From: Candidatus Bathyarchaeota archaeon
GTDB taxonomy: Archaea > Thermoproteota > Bathyarchaeia > Bathyarchaeales > DTEX01
Direction of reading: 5' to 3'
Length of the DNA stretch: 64,000 bases
Assembly: GCA_018396655.1 (NCBI GenBank)
Contig: JAGTQF010000004.1
Coordinates: forward strand, 317 to 64,316
Position numbers and translations under genes: made by a program. The notes beneath the pieces were generated by a model. The model saw only the letters and a program-made list of their open reading frames with translations, made no database searches and had not been told where the DNA came from. Positions 17,268 through 26,296 of the stretch are shown piece by piece. Position 1 is the first letter of the stretch. The number at the start of each line of letters is the position of its first letter.

Positions 17268-18812
17268 TTGGCTGAAGGAAATCTTCTTGTTGGAACCGAT
17301 ATTGGGACTTTTGGTACGAAGACCGTACTAGTTAATGCTGAAGGACGAATACTAGCTGAAGCCTTTCAGGAGACCGATATAATATCGCCTAGACCGCTCT
17401 GGGCTGAGCAATGGCCTCAGGTCTGGCTTAACGCCGTATGCAACACTATACGTGAAGTCCTCTCAAAATCGAAGGTTGATCCTTCAGAAATAGGTGGTTT
17501 GACTCTAAGCGGGCTTTATAGCGGGTCAGGAGTGCCTTGCGATGAAAATATGGAGCCAATAAGGCCTTGCCTTATATGGATGGATAGGCGGGCTGTTGAG
17601 GAGGTTGAGTGGGTTAAGAAAAATATAGGTGAAGAGGAAATTTTCAGGATAACTGGAAACACAATTGATACGTATTTTGGCTTTACAAAGATGCTCTGGT
17701 TGAAATTTAAGGAACCAAAGACTTGGGAGAAAACTAGGCAACTTGTAACGACGTATGGCTACTGTATTTATCGCCTAACAGGAGTGGTTTGCATAGATTA
17801 CTCTTCCGCTGGAAACTATGGCGGAATATTTGATATACATAAGAGGGACTGGTCTGAGGAGCTCATGGAAGAGATGGGTATACCAAGAAGCTTCTTTCCG
17901 GAAAAAATTGTTGAATCAAAGACCATTGTGGGCGAAATAACGGAGGAGGGAAGCAAGATGTGTGGCTTGAAAAAAGGAACACCAGTCTGCGCCGGCGGCG
18001 TTGATGCGCCAGTTGCGGCGCTAAGTCTCGGATGTCTCGAAGATGGTGACCATTCAGCTATGGTTGGAACATCAACGTGCTGGAGCGTAATTCAAGATGA
18101 ACTAAGATTAACTCCTAAATTAATCAACTATCCGCATGTAGCCTATGATAGACAAAAACTCTATACTTTTGGCGGCTCGGCCACATCCGGCGGCATGCTA
18201 AGATGGTTTAGAGATCAATTTGGACAAATTGAGGTTTCACTTGGAAAGCAAGTAGGGCTAAGCCCATATAAAATCTTAGACTTAGAAGCCGAGAAAATTC
18301 CACCCGGCTCTGAAGGCCTAATAGTCTTACCATATTTTATGGGCGAGCGCACACCCATATGGGATCCATACTCGAAGGGTCTTATAATTGGCTTAACATT
18401 AACTCACACAAGAGCGCATATTTTTAGGGCTTTGATGGAGGGTGCTGCCTATGCTTTACGCCACAATATTGAGACGGCCATGGCTGCTAATATTCCATTG
18501 AAACCTAAGATGGGCATAGTGGATGGTGGGGCAAGATCACCCTTATGGAGGAAAATATTCGCTGATGTAACGAAGTTTCCGTTAGTCTATGTTACGGAAC
18601 ATCCTGGAACCCCGCTTGGAGATGCTCTGCTGAGCGGTGTTGGGACTGGTGTTCTTAGAAGCTATGAGGTCATAAAGGAATGGGTTAAAGCAGCCGATGT
18701 GCAGGAGCCAAACCCAGAAACATCTAAGCTATACGATAAATACTACAGATTATATTTGAGGCTCTATGAGAAGAATAAGGAACTTTACAGGGAACTTTAT
18801 AGTCTCGTTTAA
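17268..18812 (+). CDS. FGGY-family carbohydrate kinase (xylulokinase/ribulokinase-like)
   Basis: Contains the N-terminal VGTDIGTFGTKT (actin-fold phosphate-1), a GTSTCW region and a C-terminal GGGARSPLWRKIFADV. TTG start. Confidence 0.8.
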   Translation: MAEGNLLVGTDIGTFGTKTVLVNAEGRILAEAFQETDIISPRPLWAEQWPQVWLNAVCNTIREVLSKSKVDPSEIGGLTLSGLYSGSGVPCDENMEPIRPCLIWMDRRAVEEVEWVKKNIGEEEIFRITGNTIDTYFGFTKMLWLKFKEPKTWEKTRQLVTTYGYCIYRLTGVVCIDYSSAGNYGGIFDIHKRDWSEELMEEMGIPRSFFPEKIVESKTIVGEITEEGSKMCGLKKGTPVCAGGVDAPVAALSLGCLEDGDHSAMVGTSTCWSVIQDELRLTPKLINYPHVAYDRQKLYTFGGSATSGGMLRWFRDQFGQIEVSLGKQVGLSPYKILDLEAEKIPPGSEGLIVLPYFMGERTPIWDPYSKGLIIGLTLTHTRAHIFRALMEGAAYALRHNIETAMAANIPLKPKMGIVDGGARSPLWRKIFADVTKFPLVYVTEHPGTPLGDALLSGVGTGVLRSYEVIKEWVKAADVQEPNPETSKLYDKYYRLYLRLYEKNKELYRELYSLV

Positions 18813-18854
18813 ATCTAACATCGATTTCAATTTCCTATTGGGCGGTGAAATAAT

Positions 18855-19523
18855 TTGAGCGAAGAAGATAAACTCCGTGAGGAGCTATGTAGAATTGGAA
18901 GGAGACTTTATGAGAGACATTTGACAAGTGGTGCTGGTGGAAGTATAAGTGCCAGAACCTCTAAAAATGAGGTTTTGATTAAGCCAAGCGGTTTCTCATT
19001 AGCAGATATGCAGCCGGAGAACATTATTAAATTGAGCTTAAAGGGAGAAGTTCTCAGTGGGAGATATCCACCCTCAACTGATGCCCCATGGCATTTAATG
19101 ATTTATGAGATGAGAACCGATATTAATGCTATAGTTCATGCGCATCCACCTATATGCGGCGGCTTTGCGTGTGCTGGCGTATCACTAGATATACCAACCT
19201 TCACCGAAGTCATAATACAGATTGGCAGAATACCGTTTATGGAATATGCGACTCCGACAACCATGGATTATGCTATAAAGGTCGCCGAACATCTAAAGAA
19301 TGCTAATGCATTGTTAATGAAGAATCATGGAATAATAACTTTAGGCTCAAATCTTGAGCAAGCTTTTCAAAGAGCCGAGCTCCTTGAAGATTTCGCCAAA
19401 ATGATTTTGATAGCAAAGATTCTTGGCGGGCCAATCTTACTTCCACAAGAAGAAATTAATAAGCTCAGAACTCTTGAGAGTGAGAAGTGGCGAATAAAAG
19501 TTGTAGAGGAACTATATAGATAG
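18855..19523 (+). CDS. class II aldolase/adducin-family protein (L-fuculose-P aldolase / ribulose-5-P 4-epimerase-like)
   Basis: Contains SGAGGSISAR and the H.H zinc ligand region (VHAHPP), followed by MKNHGIITLG. Confidence 0.8.
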   Translation: MSEEDKLREELCRIGRRLYERHLTSGAGGSISARTSKNEVLIKPSGFSLADMQPENIIKLSLKGEVLSGRYPPSTDAPWHLMIYEMRTDINAIVHAHPPICGGFACAGVSLDIPTFTEVIIQIGRIPFMEYATPTTMDYAIKVAEHLKNANALLMKNHGIITLGSNLEQAFQRAELLEDFAKMILIAKILGGPILLPQEEINKLRTLESEKWRIKVVEELYR

Positions 19524-19579
19524 CAAAATATGCTCAGTAATATTTTTATCCAACATGTATTTATTCTCATCTGCTACCG

Positions 19580-20752
19580 GTGGCCCAGTTAAAAATGAGG
19601 TCGAAATACGCCGAGTCTGGGGTAGATGTCAAAAAAAGAGGCATAGAATGCTTCAGGAGTATCCTAAACAATCTTTTTCCAGAAGCTTTCTGCGTCATTA
19701 GTGAAGATCCGAATCTTCCTGGATATGGACTCGTGACACATACCGATGGCGCTGGCAGCAAACCAGTTCAAGCATATCTACATTGGAAAGAAACGGGTGA
19801 TATAAGATGGTTTAAGGGTTTGGCGCAGGATGTTTTAGCCATGAACATAGATGACATTATTTGCGTTGGTGCAAAACCAATAAACTTCGTGGATTACGTG
19901 GCCATAAATCCACTTAGAGTCGACAAAATTGGACTGCTAAAGATTTTAAGCTCAGGTTTTGAGGAATGCATAAACATTTTAGGTGCTCAAGGCGTGAAAC
20001 TCCTTTTTTCTGGTGGTGAGACGGCAGATCTTCCAGATCAAATCCGAACGCTGGATATTGCGGCAACAATGAATGGGCGTGTAAGTTTAAGTAGGGTCTT
20101 AACTGGTGAGAAAATAGAGCCTGGTGATGTTATTATAGGACTTAGAAGTGGAGGGAAAACGAATTACGAGCGAAATGAGAATAGCGGTATAATGTGTAAT
20201 GGGCTAACATTGGCACGCCTTTGCCTTATGCGCAAAGACTATCAAGAGAAATATCCGGAGATTCTTGAATCGCCTGACGGCAAAAGATCTTATTATGGCA
20301 GATTTAAATTTGACGATTACTTGGATGAACTGGGCATGACAGTTGGTGAAGCTCTGCTTTCACCAACTAGACTTTATGCGCCAGTAATTTTGAAGGTAAT
20401 GGAACGATTCGGCGAATACATTTCTGGACTGGTTCATAATACTGGTGGTGGGCTAACAAAATGTCTAAGGATTGGCAGAAACATACATTATATAAAAGAT
20501 AACCTCTTCAATCCGGATCCAATCTTCATTCTAATACAACGTGAATCCAAAGAACCTTGGAAATATATGTTCGAAAATTATAACATGGGGGTTGGATTTG
20601 AGATAATAGCGAAGACTGAAGCTGCCAGCGATATAATAAGCATATCTGAAAAATATGATTTGGAGACTAAAATAATAGGTGTATGTCAGAAAAGCCGCGA
20701 TGGAAATAAATTGACGATAAAAAGCCAATATGGAGAATTTCAGTACCCATAA
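19580..20752 (+). CDS. PurM-like AIR synthase family protein (phosphoribosylformylglycinamidine cyclo-ligase candidate with an insertion)
   Basis: Contains YAESGVD, THTDGAGSK, NIDDIICVGAKP..FVDY and SPTRLYAP, which align to PurM motifs from memory. It is longer than typical PurM. ATG 19595 is an alternative start. Confidence 0.6.
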   Translation: MAQLKMRSKYAESGVDVKKRGIECFRSILNNLFPEAFCVISEDPNLPGYGLVTHTDGAGSKPVQAYLHWKETGDIRWFKGLAQDVLAMNIDDIICVGAKPINFVDYVAINPLRVDKIGLLKILSSGFEECINILGAQGVKLLFSGGETADLPDQIRTLDIAATMNGRVSLSRVLTGEKIEPGDVIIGLRSGGKTNYERNENSGIMCNGLTLARLCLMRKDYQEKYPEILESPDGKRSYYGRFKFDDYLDELGMTVGEALLSPTRLYAPVILKVMERFGEYISGLVHNTGGGLTKCLRIGRNIHYIKDNLFNPDPIFILIQRESKEPWKYMFENYNMGVGFEIIAKTEAASDIISISEKYDLETKIIGVCQKSRDGNKLTIKSQYGEFQYP

Positions 20753-20826
20753 AAAATAGGTATACATGATTTATATATCCAATTTCTCAACGTGTTCTAT
20801 ACAGGCTATAAATTTTACTGGTAAAT

Positions 20827-20952
20827 TGGTGCGGGGGGTGGGATTTGAACCCACGACGGCCTACGCCAGAGGATCTTAAGTCCTCCCCCCTATCCTAGAG
20901 AGGGCTTCTCTGACCCCTTTTTTCTATTTGGACCTGGCTTGGGTACCCCCGC
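20827..20952 (-). tRNA. tRNA-Leu (anticodon TAA) with a ~36-nt intron in the D-loop region
   Basis: Hand fold: acceptor GCGGGGG/CCCCCGC; anticodon arm GAGGA-CTTAAGA-TCCTC; long variable arm TGGCGTAGGCCGTC; T-arm GTGGG-TTCAAAT-CCCAC; CCA encoded. 126 nt total against about 90 nt mature. Confidence 0.85.
20891..20926 (-). other. non-canonical tRNA intron (between D-loop and 3' D-stem), boundaries approximate
   Basis: TAGAAAAAAGGGGTCAGAGAAGCCCTCTCTAGGATA interrupts ...AGCCAGGTCCAAA | GGGG. Removing it restores a D-arm. Confidence 0.6.
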
Positions 20953-21072
20953 GCTTATCATTTTTTGATAATTTTGTTTTGTTGGATTTTACTTTTTCGG
21001 TGTGTTTACTGGATTAAGTTTAAATCTTTGTGGCTTAGGATAATACTTTTTGTTTGTAGCGGGGCGCTGGCT

Positions 21073-22101
21073 ATGGCTATTGTGATGAAGCCTGGTGCAA
21101 GCGAAGAGGATATTGAACGAGTTATTAAATTTGTTAAGGAGAGGTATGGTTTAAGGGTTGACGTTTCTCGGGGGGAGTTCCAGACTATTTTAGGTTTAAT
21201 TGGCGATGAGGACAAGGTAGACTTTGATAGGTTATCACTTCTGCCAGGTGTTGAGAAGGCTTATAGGATTACTTCTCCATACAGGCTTGTTGCGCGCTCC
21301 TTCTTCCCAGAGGATAGGGTTATTGAGGTTAAGGGTGTGAAAATTGGTGGTAAGAATAGGCCAGTCTTCATAGCTGGACCATGCGCTATTGAGAGCAGAG
21401 AGCAAATTTTCCGAATTGCTAAGGAGGTTAGTGAAGCTGGAGCTGATATATTGCGCGGTGGAGCCTTTAAACCCAGAACTTCAGTCCATTCATTTCAAGG
21501 ACTAGGTGAGGAGGGCTTAGAATTTCTTGCTAAAGCTGGTGAAGAGTATGGCATGCCAACTATATCAGAGGTTAGAAGCGAAAAACATGTTGAGATTGTT
21601 GCGAAGTATGTTGATATACTTCAGATAGGTGCAAGAAACATGTATAATCAAGATTTAATTGAGGAAGCTGCTAAGCAAAAAAAGCCTCTATTGATAAAGA
21701 GGAATTTCGGTGCTAGCATAGAAGAGTTTCTATCATTCTCTGAGAGAGCAGTTGCACAAGGAAATAAGGATATAATCTTATGTGAGAGGGGAATTATTCC
21801 AATCGGCAGGGGGCGACAATTTACACGCTATAGCCTGGACTTAAGCGCTGTCCCGGTCATAAAAAAAGAGACATATCTGCCAATAGTGGTTGATCCAAGT
21901 CATGGAACTGGTCGTAGGGACTTGATTTATCCTATGAGTAAAGCTGCTATAGCGGCTGGTGCTCATGGATTAATGATTGAAGTTCATTATAATCCTAATG
22001 AGGCTTTATCTGATGGACCGCAGATGATTCTACCATCTGACCTAAAGAAAATAATTGATGTTTGCAAAAAAATCTATTTACTGAATTCCATGGAGGATTA
22101 G
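21073..22101 (+). CDS. 3-deoxy-7-phosphoheptulonate (DAHP) synthase, type I-beta with N-terminal regulatory domain
   Basis: The N-terminal small ferredoxin-like domain (MKPGASEEDIERVIKFV) precedes a KDO8P/DAHP core with IAGPCAIES, LRGGAFKPRTS and VDPSHG. ATG 21073 is preferred because the longer ORF would run up to the tRNA. Confidence 0.85.
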   Translation: MAIVMKPGASEEDIERVIKFVKERYGLRVDVSRGEFQTILGLIGDEDKVDFDRLSLLPGVEKAYRITSPYRLVARSFFPEDRVIEVKGVKIGGKNRPVFIAGPCAIESREQIFRIAKEVSEAGADILRGGAFKPRTSVHSFQGLGEEGLEFLAKAGEEYGMPTISEVRSEKHVEIVAKYVDILQIGARNMYNQDLIEEAAKQKKPLLIKRNFGASIEEFLSFSERAVAQGNKDIILCERGIIPIGRGRQFTRYSLDLSAVPVIKKETYLPIVVDPSHGTGRRDLIYPMSKAAIAAGAHGLMIEVHYNPNEALSDGPQMILPSDLKKIIDVCKKIYLLNSMED

Positions 22102-22161
22102 TTGGCTACCGCTTTATTTTGCTGCGAAGACTTATATTTTGAGGTAAATTCATAATCCATT

Positions 22162-23274
22162 GTGAATTCAATGATTAAGAGACTGCGTCTCACATTAAAG
22201 AGAGATATTGATGAATCCTATGATATCCTTATAGGCCACGGGCTTCTAGACAATATACCGCTAGATTTAAAGAGAAGCCCTGTAGGCAGCAAATACGCGA
22301 TAGTGACCGACTCAACTATTAAAGATATTTATGGCGAGAGACTCCTCGAGAGATTTAAAGAGGAAAATCTAAACGCTTATCTCATAGATTTTCCAGCTGG
22401 TGAGGAATCAAAGAATCTGAGTACAGTTGAGTACATAGTTAGAAGGCTTCTTCAGTATGGTTTAGACAGAAAATCCGCTATAATTGCTTTAGGCGGCGGT
22501 GTCGTCGGCGATTTAAGCGGGTTTGTCGCTTCAATATATATGCGGGGAATTTCCTATATACAGGTTCCAACAACGCTGCTCTCCCAAGTTGACAGTAGCA
22601 TAGGTGGGAAAACCGGTGTGGATACGGCGGATGGAAAGAATCTCATAGGCTCATTTTATCAGCCGAAAAGAGTTTACATCGACCCGTCACTACTAAAGAC
22701 TCTTCCAGAGAGGGAGTTTATCAGCGGGCTTGCTGAGGTTGTCAAATATGGTGTCATATGTAGTCGGGAACTATTTGAGTATCTAGAAAGTAATGTTGAG
22801 AAGATTAAAGGACGTGATATGGATACTCTGCTTCATATAATAGAGGTTTCATGTAGAATAAAAAAGAGCGTTGTTGAGGAGGACCCATGGGAAGAGAATA
22901 AGAGGACTATCTTAAATTATGGGCATACTCCAGCACACGCCCTTGAGAAGCTTAGTGGCTATAAGTGCCTACATGGCGAGGCTGTTTCGGTTGGAATGAG
23001 GATATCTGGCTGGGTCGCTGTTAGAAAGGGATTCTGGAGCATAGATGAATGGGAGAGACAGAATAAATTGCTTAAATCATTCGGTCTACCGCTTAAAATG
23101 GACTTCAATTCGGATGAGCTCATCAAGACTCTATATTATGACAAGAAGGTCGAGGCCGGAACACTCATGTTTGTTCTACCGAGAAGGATAGGTGAGATGG
23201 CTTCAATTGGCGGTAGGTATAAGATTCCAGTCTCAGAAACAGAATTGCGTAGATTTCTCCTAGAATTAAGCTGA
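22162..23274 (+). CDS. aroB: 3-dehydroquinate synthase
   Basis: Contains GGGVVGDLSGF, VPTTLLSQVDSSIGGKTG and HGEAVSVGM motifs. Confidence 0.85.
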   Translation: MNSMIKRLRLTLKRDIDESYDILIGHGLLDNIPLDLKRSPVGSKYAIVTDSTIKDIYGERLLERFKEENLNAYLIDFPAGEESKNLSTVEYIVRRLLQYGLDRKSAIIALGGGVVGDLSGFVASIYMRGISYIQVPTTLLSQVDSSIGGKTGVDTADGKNLIGSFYQPKRVYIDPSLLKTLPEREFISGLAEVVKYGVICSRELFEYLESNVEKIKGRDMDTLLHIIEVSCRIKKSVVEEDPWEENKRTILNYGHTPAHALEKLSGYKCLHGEAVSVGMRISGWVAVRKGFWSIDEWERQNKLLKSFGLPLKMDFNSDELIKTLYYDKKVEAGTLMFVLPRRIGEMASIGGRYKIPVSETELRRFLLELS

Positions 23275-23277
23275 TAT

Positions 23278-24073
23278 TCATGCGCCACTTTCTCGCTTAT
23301 CATTTCTAAGATTATTTTGTTGCTCCTCGCATATTCTAGCCAAGTTTTTCAGCTTCTCTTTTATTCTCTTTTCTAGCTGCGAGTTTATCTCTATCCCAAG
23401 GCACCTTCTGTTGAGTTTTAGACATACACGCATAGTCGTTCCGGAGCCTAATACTGGATCAACAACTAGGTCCCCCTGGTTAGATGAGGTCTTAATGCAT
23501 CTTTCAACGAGCTCATCTGGAAGCTCGTTTCCAGCCGTCTCCTCGCCGTGATGGTATGGTCTTTTAATTATCCAGACGTCCTCCGGGTAATGCTCAGGCT
23601 TATTGAACGTGTAATCTTCTTCATCTTTAACCAGCAAAAGTAAATGATAATGCGATGTAACAAATCTCCTTCTAGTGAATACCCCAAACTGGTATTTCCA
23701 TATAACATGGTTTAGCTGAATGAAGCCGGCATCTTCAACAGCATCAAGGACATAGCGGAGGTTGTTCCAGCCTGAGACAAGCCACATACTCCCATTGGGC
23801 TTTAGGGCTTTATAGCACCATTCAGTAAGCTCCCTAATAAACCTCGGATACTCCTCTTTAGGAACTTCAATATAAGATAGTGCATCAGGGGTTCTATGAT
23901 ATGTGGCAAGGTTCCCCTTGAATTCTATGCCGAAAGGTGGATCAGCGAAAATTAAATCAACCTTCTCCTCTAACTTAACATTCCTAAAGTCGTCAAATAC
24001 AACTATGTGGTCATCATCAACCCTTAAATGTCTGCCGGATTTGGACTCAAATTTTATCAGTGAACTTCACCAT
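23278..24073 (-). pseudogene. beta-class N6-adenine/N4-cytosine DNA methyltransferase, reading frame broken near the 5' end
   Basis: Hand translation: ATG 24073 gives MVKFTDKI then a stop. The next frame continues ...SKSGRHLRV...VDLIFADPPFG (motif IV)...MWLVSGW...VVDPVLGSGTT (motif I) to the stop at 23278. Removing one A from the AAAA run (24052-24055) joins the two frames. Confidence 0.6.
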
Positions 24074-24299
24074 AACCGTATAATCTCTCTTCTCCTTTTC
24101 TCTTTTTCTTTCATTTAGACCATGGTTCCTGATTTCTAACATAATATAAACCTTTAGATGGTATGTGAATAAGCGCTATTTCTTATCTGTTTAGCTTCTT
24201 TGAGCAAAATAGCTATATCCCGATTCCCCTCCAGTTAGCCAAAATACCTGAACCCGAAAGGTGGTGGGCCGGGCCGGACTTGAACCGGCGACCTCAGCC

Positions 24300-24319
24300 T
24301 TTCTCAATATTTACTTGTT
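24300..24319 (-). other. tRNA-Val intron 2, canonical 37/38 position (approximate; window includes nt 38)
   Basis: AACAAGTAAATATTGAGAA(A) lies between CTTACG and GGCTG. Confidence 0.6.
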
Positions 24320-24330
24320 CGTAAGGGCTG

Positions 24331-24350
24331 CTTTAGGTTCCATGTGGAAT
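24331..24350 (-). other. tRNA-Val intron 1, between D-stem and anticodon stem (about position 25-27; approximate)
   Basis: ATTCCACATGGAACCTAAAG lies between GGAC and CAGCC. It contains the hairpin TTCCA-CA-TGGAA. Confidence 0.55.
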
Positions 24351-24465
24351 GTCCTAACCACACTAGACTACCGGCCCTTTCTCATCATTTCTACATAATA
24401 TTTGATGAAAAACCCTTTAATATTTTCGGCTCCTTATCACTTAAGCGAGGGGATTAGAAAATATT

Positions 24466-25194
24466 TTACTTCTTCTTTTTTCTGCCAGTTCTTCTAGCCG
24501 CTATTAGCCCAACCTTTCTCCCAGGTGGTGCATTACGTGATACGGTTGTGACTTTTCTCGCGCCCCTTCTACCGCTTCCAAAGGGGTGCAGAGCTGCTAT
24601 CATTGCTCTTCCGCGAACCCTTGGATACTTATGCCCCTTAGCTCTCATCCAATGGAATTTGGCTCCAGCCTTAACGAATGGCTTCTCTACACGCCCAGAG
24701 GCTGCTACGACGCCAATTGTCGCCAGACATAAATCATTTATGTATCGTGTTTTACCCGACGGCATGGACACCATCGTTCCCTCAGGCGTATGTGATACAA
24801 CCGTTGCATATGCTCCTGAGGAGCGAGCGATCTTTCCACCGTCTCCGGGCAGCAGCTCTATATTACAGACCGTTGTTCCCTCGGGTATTAATCCTATTGG
24901 AATAGTGTTTCCAATGGATATCGATGCTTTACCACCGAACTCTATTATTTGTCCCTCATGCATACCCTCAACCGCAACTGTATAATATCTTTCTCCTGTC
25001 TCAAGCTCTATGTGCGCTAGGGGTGCGCCCCTACCAGGGTCGTGGACTATCTCTAGAACCTGGCCCCTTAGCACTTTATCCAATATTTCCCTTGAGAGGT
25101 TGGGGTATTTAGCTGGTGCGACACGTTTATGGGTTGAGGCTGTAAATACTGAGGAGCCTCTTCCTCTCCTCTGAACTAATATCCTTTTTCCCAT
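24466..25194 (-). CDS. rpl2: 50S ribosomal protein uL2
   Basis: MGKRILVQRRGRGS... with a GGRRG..K-rich tail; characteristic archaeal L2. Confidence 0.95.
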   Translation of the reverse strand: MGKRILVQRRGRGSSVFTASTHKRVAPAKYPNLSREILDKVLRGQVLEIVHDPGRGAPLAHIELETGERYYTVAVEGMHEGQIIEFGGKASISIGNTIPIGLIPEGTTVCNIELLPGDGGKIARSSGAYATVVSHTPEGTMVSMPSGKTRYINDLCLATIGVVAASGRVEKPFVKAGAKFHWMRAKGHKYPRVRGRAMIAALHPFGSGRRGARKVTTVSRNAPPGRKVGLIAARRTGRKKKK

Positions 25195-25219
25195 ATCTAT
25201 TTCACCTCTAATCTAATTC

Positions 25220-25483
25220 TCATAGTATGCCTAATTTAACCGCTAAATCTGTTGCGCTATACTCTGGGGCGAGCTTTACAAAAGCCTTTTTAGTGCCCTT
25301 TCTAGTTATCGAAACATTAACATCCTCAACCTTAACCTGATATAGCTCCTCAACGGCCCTTTTAATATCATTTTTGGTCGACTTAAGATTCACTATGAAG
25401 ACTATTTTGTTTTCTTTCTCAATCATTCGGCTTGTAACCTCTGTTATCAGCGGGTAAAGGATAATTTCATGCGGGTTCATCAA
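25220..25483 (-). CDS. rpl23: 50S ribosomal protein uL23
   Basis: 87 aa ([27 protein letters not shown]). It sits between L4 and L2 and has a 4-nt overlap with L4. Confidence 0.9.
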   Translation of the reverse strand: MMNPHEIILYPLITEVTSRMIEKENKIVFIVNLKSTKNDIKRAVEELYQVKVEDVNVSITRKGTKKAFVKLAPEYSATDLAVKLGIL

Positions 25484-26277
25484 TCAGCCTCCTCCTTTTC
25501 AGTGGATAAGCTCATTTTTTTCAGCTCCTCAATGCTTGAGCTAGTCCATATTGTCAGTCTGCCTGGATGTGCCCCTGGGGCCAAGAGCTCCGGATTTAGA
25601 TCTCTAACATTTACGACATCCACCCCTGGGAAGTTTCTGGCAGCCTCGAAGATGCTGTTGTCTTTTGAGACAACTATTAGTGGGCCAACAGCCATCTTAA
25701 TTCTTCTGCCGCGCATTTTACCCTTTCCACTTCTAACTTTAATACTATCTTTAACCCTCTCTATATCCGGCCAAACTCCCAAATTTACTAGTATGTTTTT
25801 TAGGTCCTTTGCTCTCTTCACACTTTCAATCTCATCAGTCACAATAAGCGGTATATCCGGAATACTATCAATCACATGTCCTCTAGCCTCAACAACCTCT
25901 TTCAATGCCGTTGCAGCTATGGCTGAAAAAAGGGCTAAGCGCTTCTCCTTCTTGGGAATCTTCTTATAAATCTTCTTTTCAACCGTCGGTGGATGAGCTA
26001 AACGTCCTCCTACAGTTCCAGGCGCAAAGGCTGCTCTGCTACTGTCTCTCAACCTAGGGACCCTTGATAGGCCATGTCCAACACCCCATGATTCAGCAGT
26101 TGTCCTCTTCCCAGCATAGGGGTCTCTGCCCTTAGGCTGCAGGCGATGGGACTGAATAGCTATAACAGCACGCTTTATAACATCCGGTCTGAGCGGTGTC
26201 CTAAATACATCGGGTAGACGTATTCTTCCAACCTGCTTCCCCTCAAGATTAAAGACTTTAGCGTATAATTTCGCCAT
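25480..26277 (-). CDS. rpl4: 50S ribosomal protein uL4
   Basis: Sequence and position between L3 and L23; contains [19 protein letters not shown]. Confidence 0.9.
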   Translation of the reverse strand: MAKLYAKVFNLEGKQVGRIRLPDVFRTPLRPDVIKRAVIAIQSHRLQPKGRDPYAGKRTTAESWGVGHGLSRVPRLRDSSRAAFAPGTVGGRLAHPPTVEKKIYKKIPKKEKRLALFSAIAATALKEVVEARGHVIDSIPDIPLIVTDEIESVKRAKDLKNILVNLGVWPDIERVKDSIKVRSGKGKMRGRRIKMAVGPLIVVSKDNSIFEAARNFPGVDVVNVRDLNPELLAPGAHPGRLTIWTSSSIEELKKMSLSTEKEEAD

Positions 26278-26296
26278 CTAACTCATCCTCCATTGA

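Larger units (their letters stand above)
24262..24377 (-). tRNA. tRNA-Val (anticodon TAC) with two ~19-nt introns
   Basis: Hand fold: acceptor GGGCCGG/CCGGCCC; D-arm GTCT-AGTGTGGTTA-GGAC; anticodon stem CAGCC/GGCTG with loop CTTACG...A; T-arm GCCGG-TTCAAGT-CCGGC; CCA encoded. 116 nt total against about 78 nt mature. Confidence 0.85.

Noticed and set aside
17268-20752. FGGY kinase, class II aldolase and PurM-like protein considered as a possible novel three-gene pathway.
   Set aside because: The kinase-aldolase pair is a common sugar-catabolic pair. The PurM-like ORF keeps PurM signature motifs (DGAGSK, DDI.C.GA.P, PTR.Y). It is also separated from the aldolase gene by about 57-70 nt of AT-rich spacer. 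Nothing in the sequence links it functionally to the other two.
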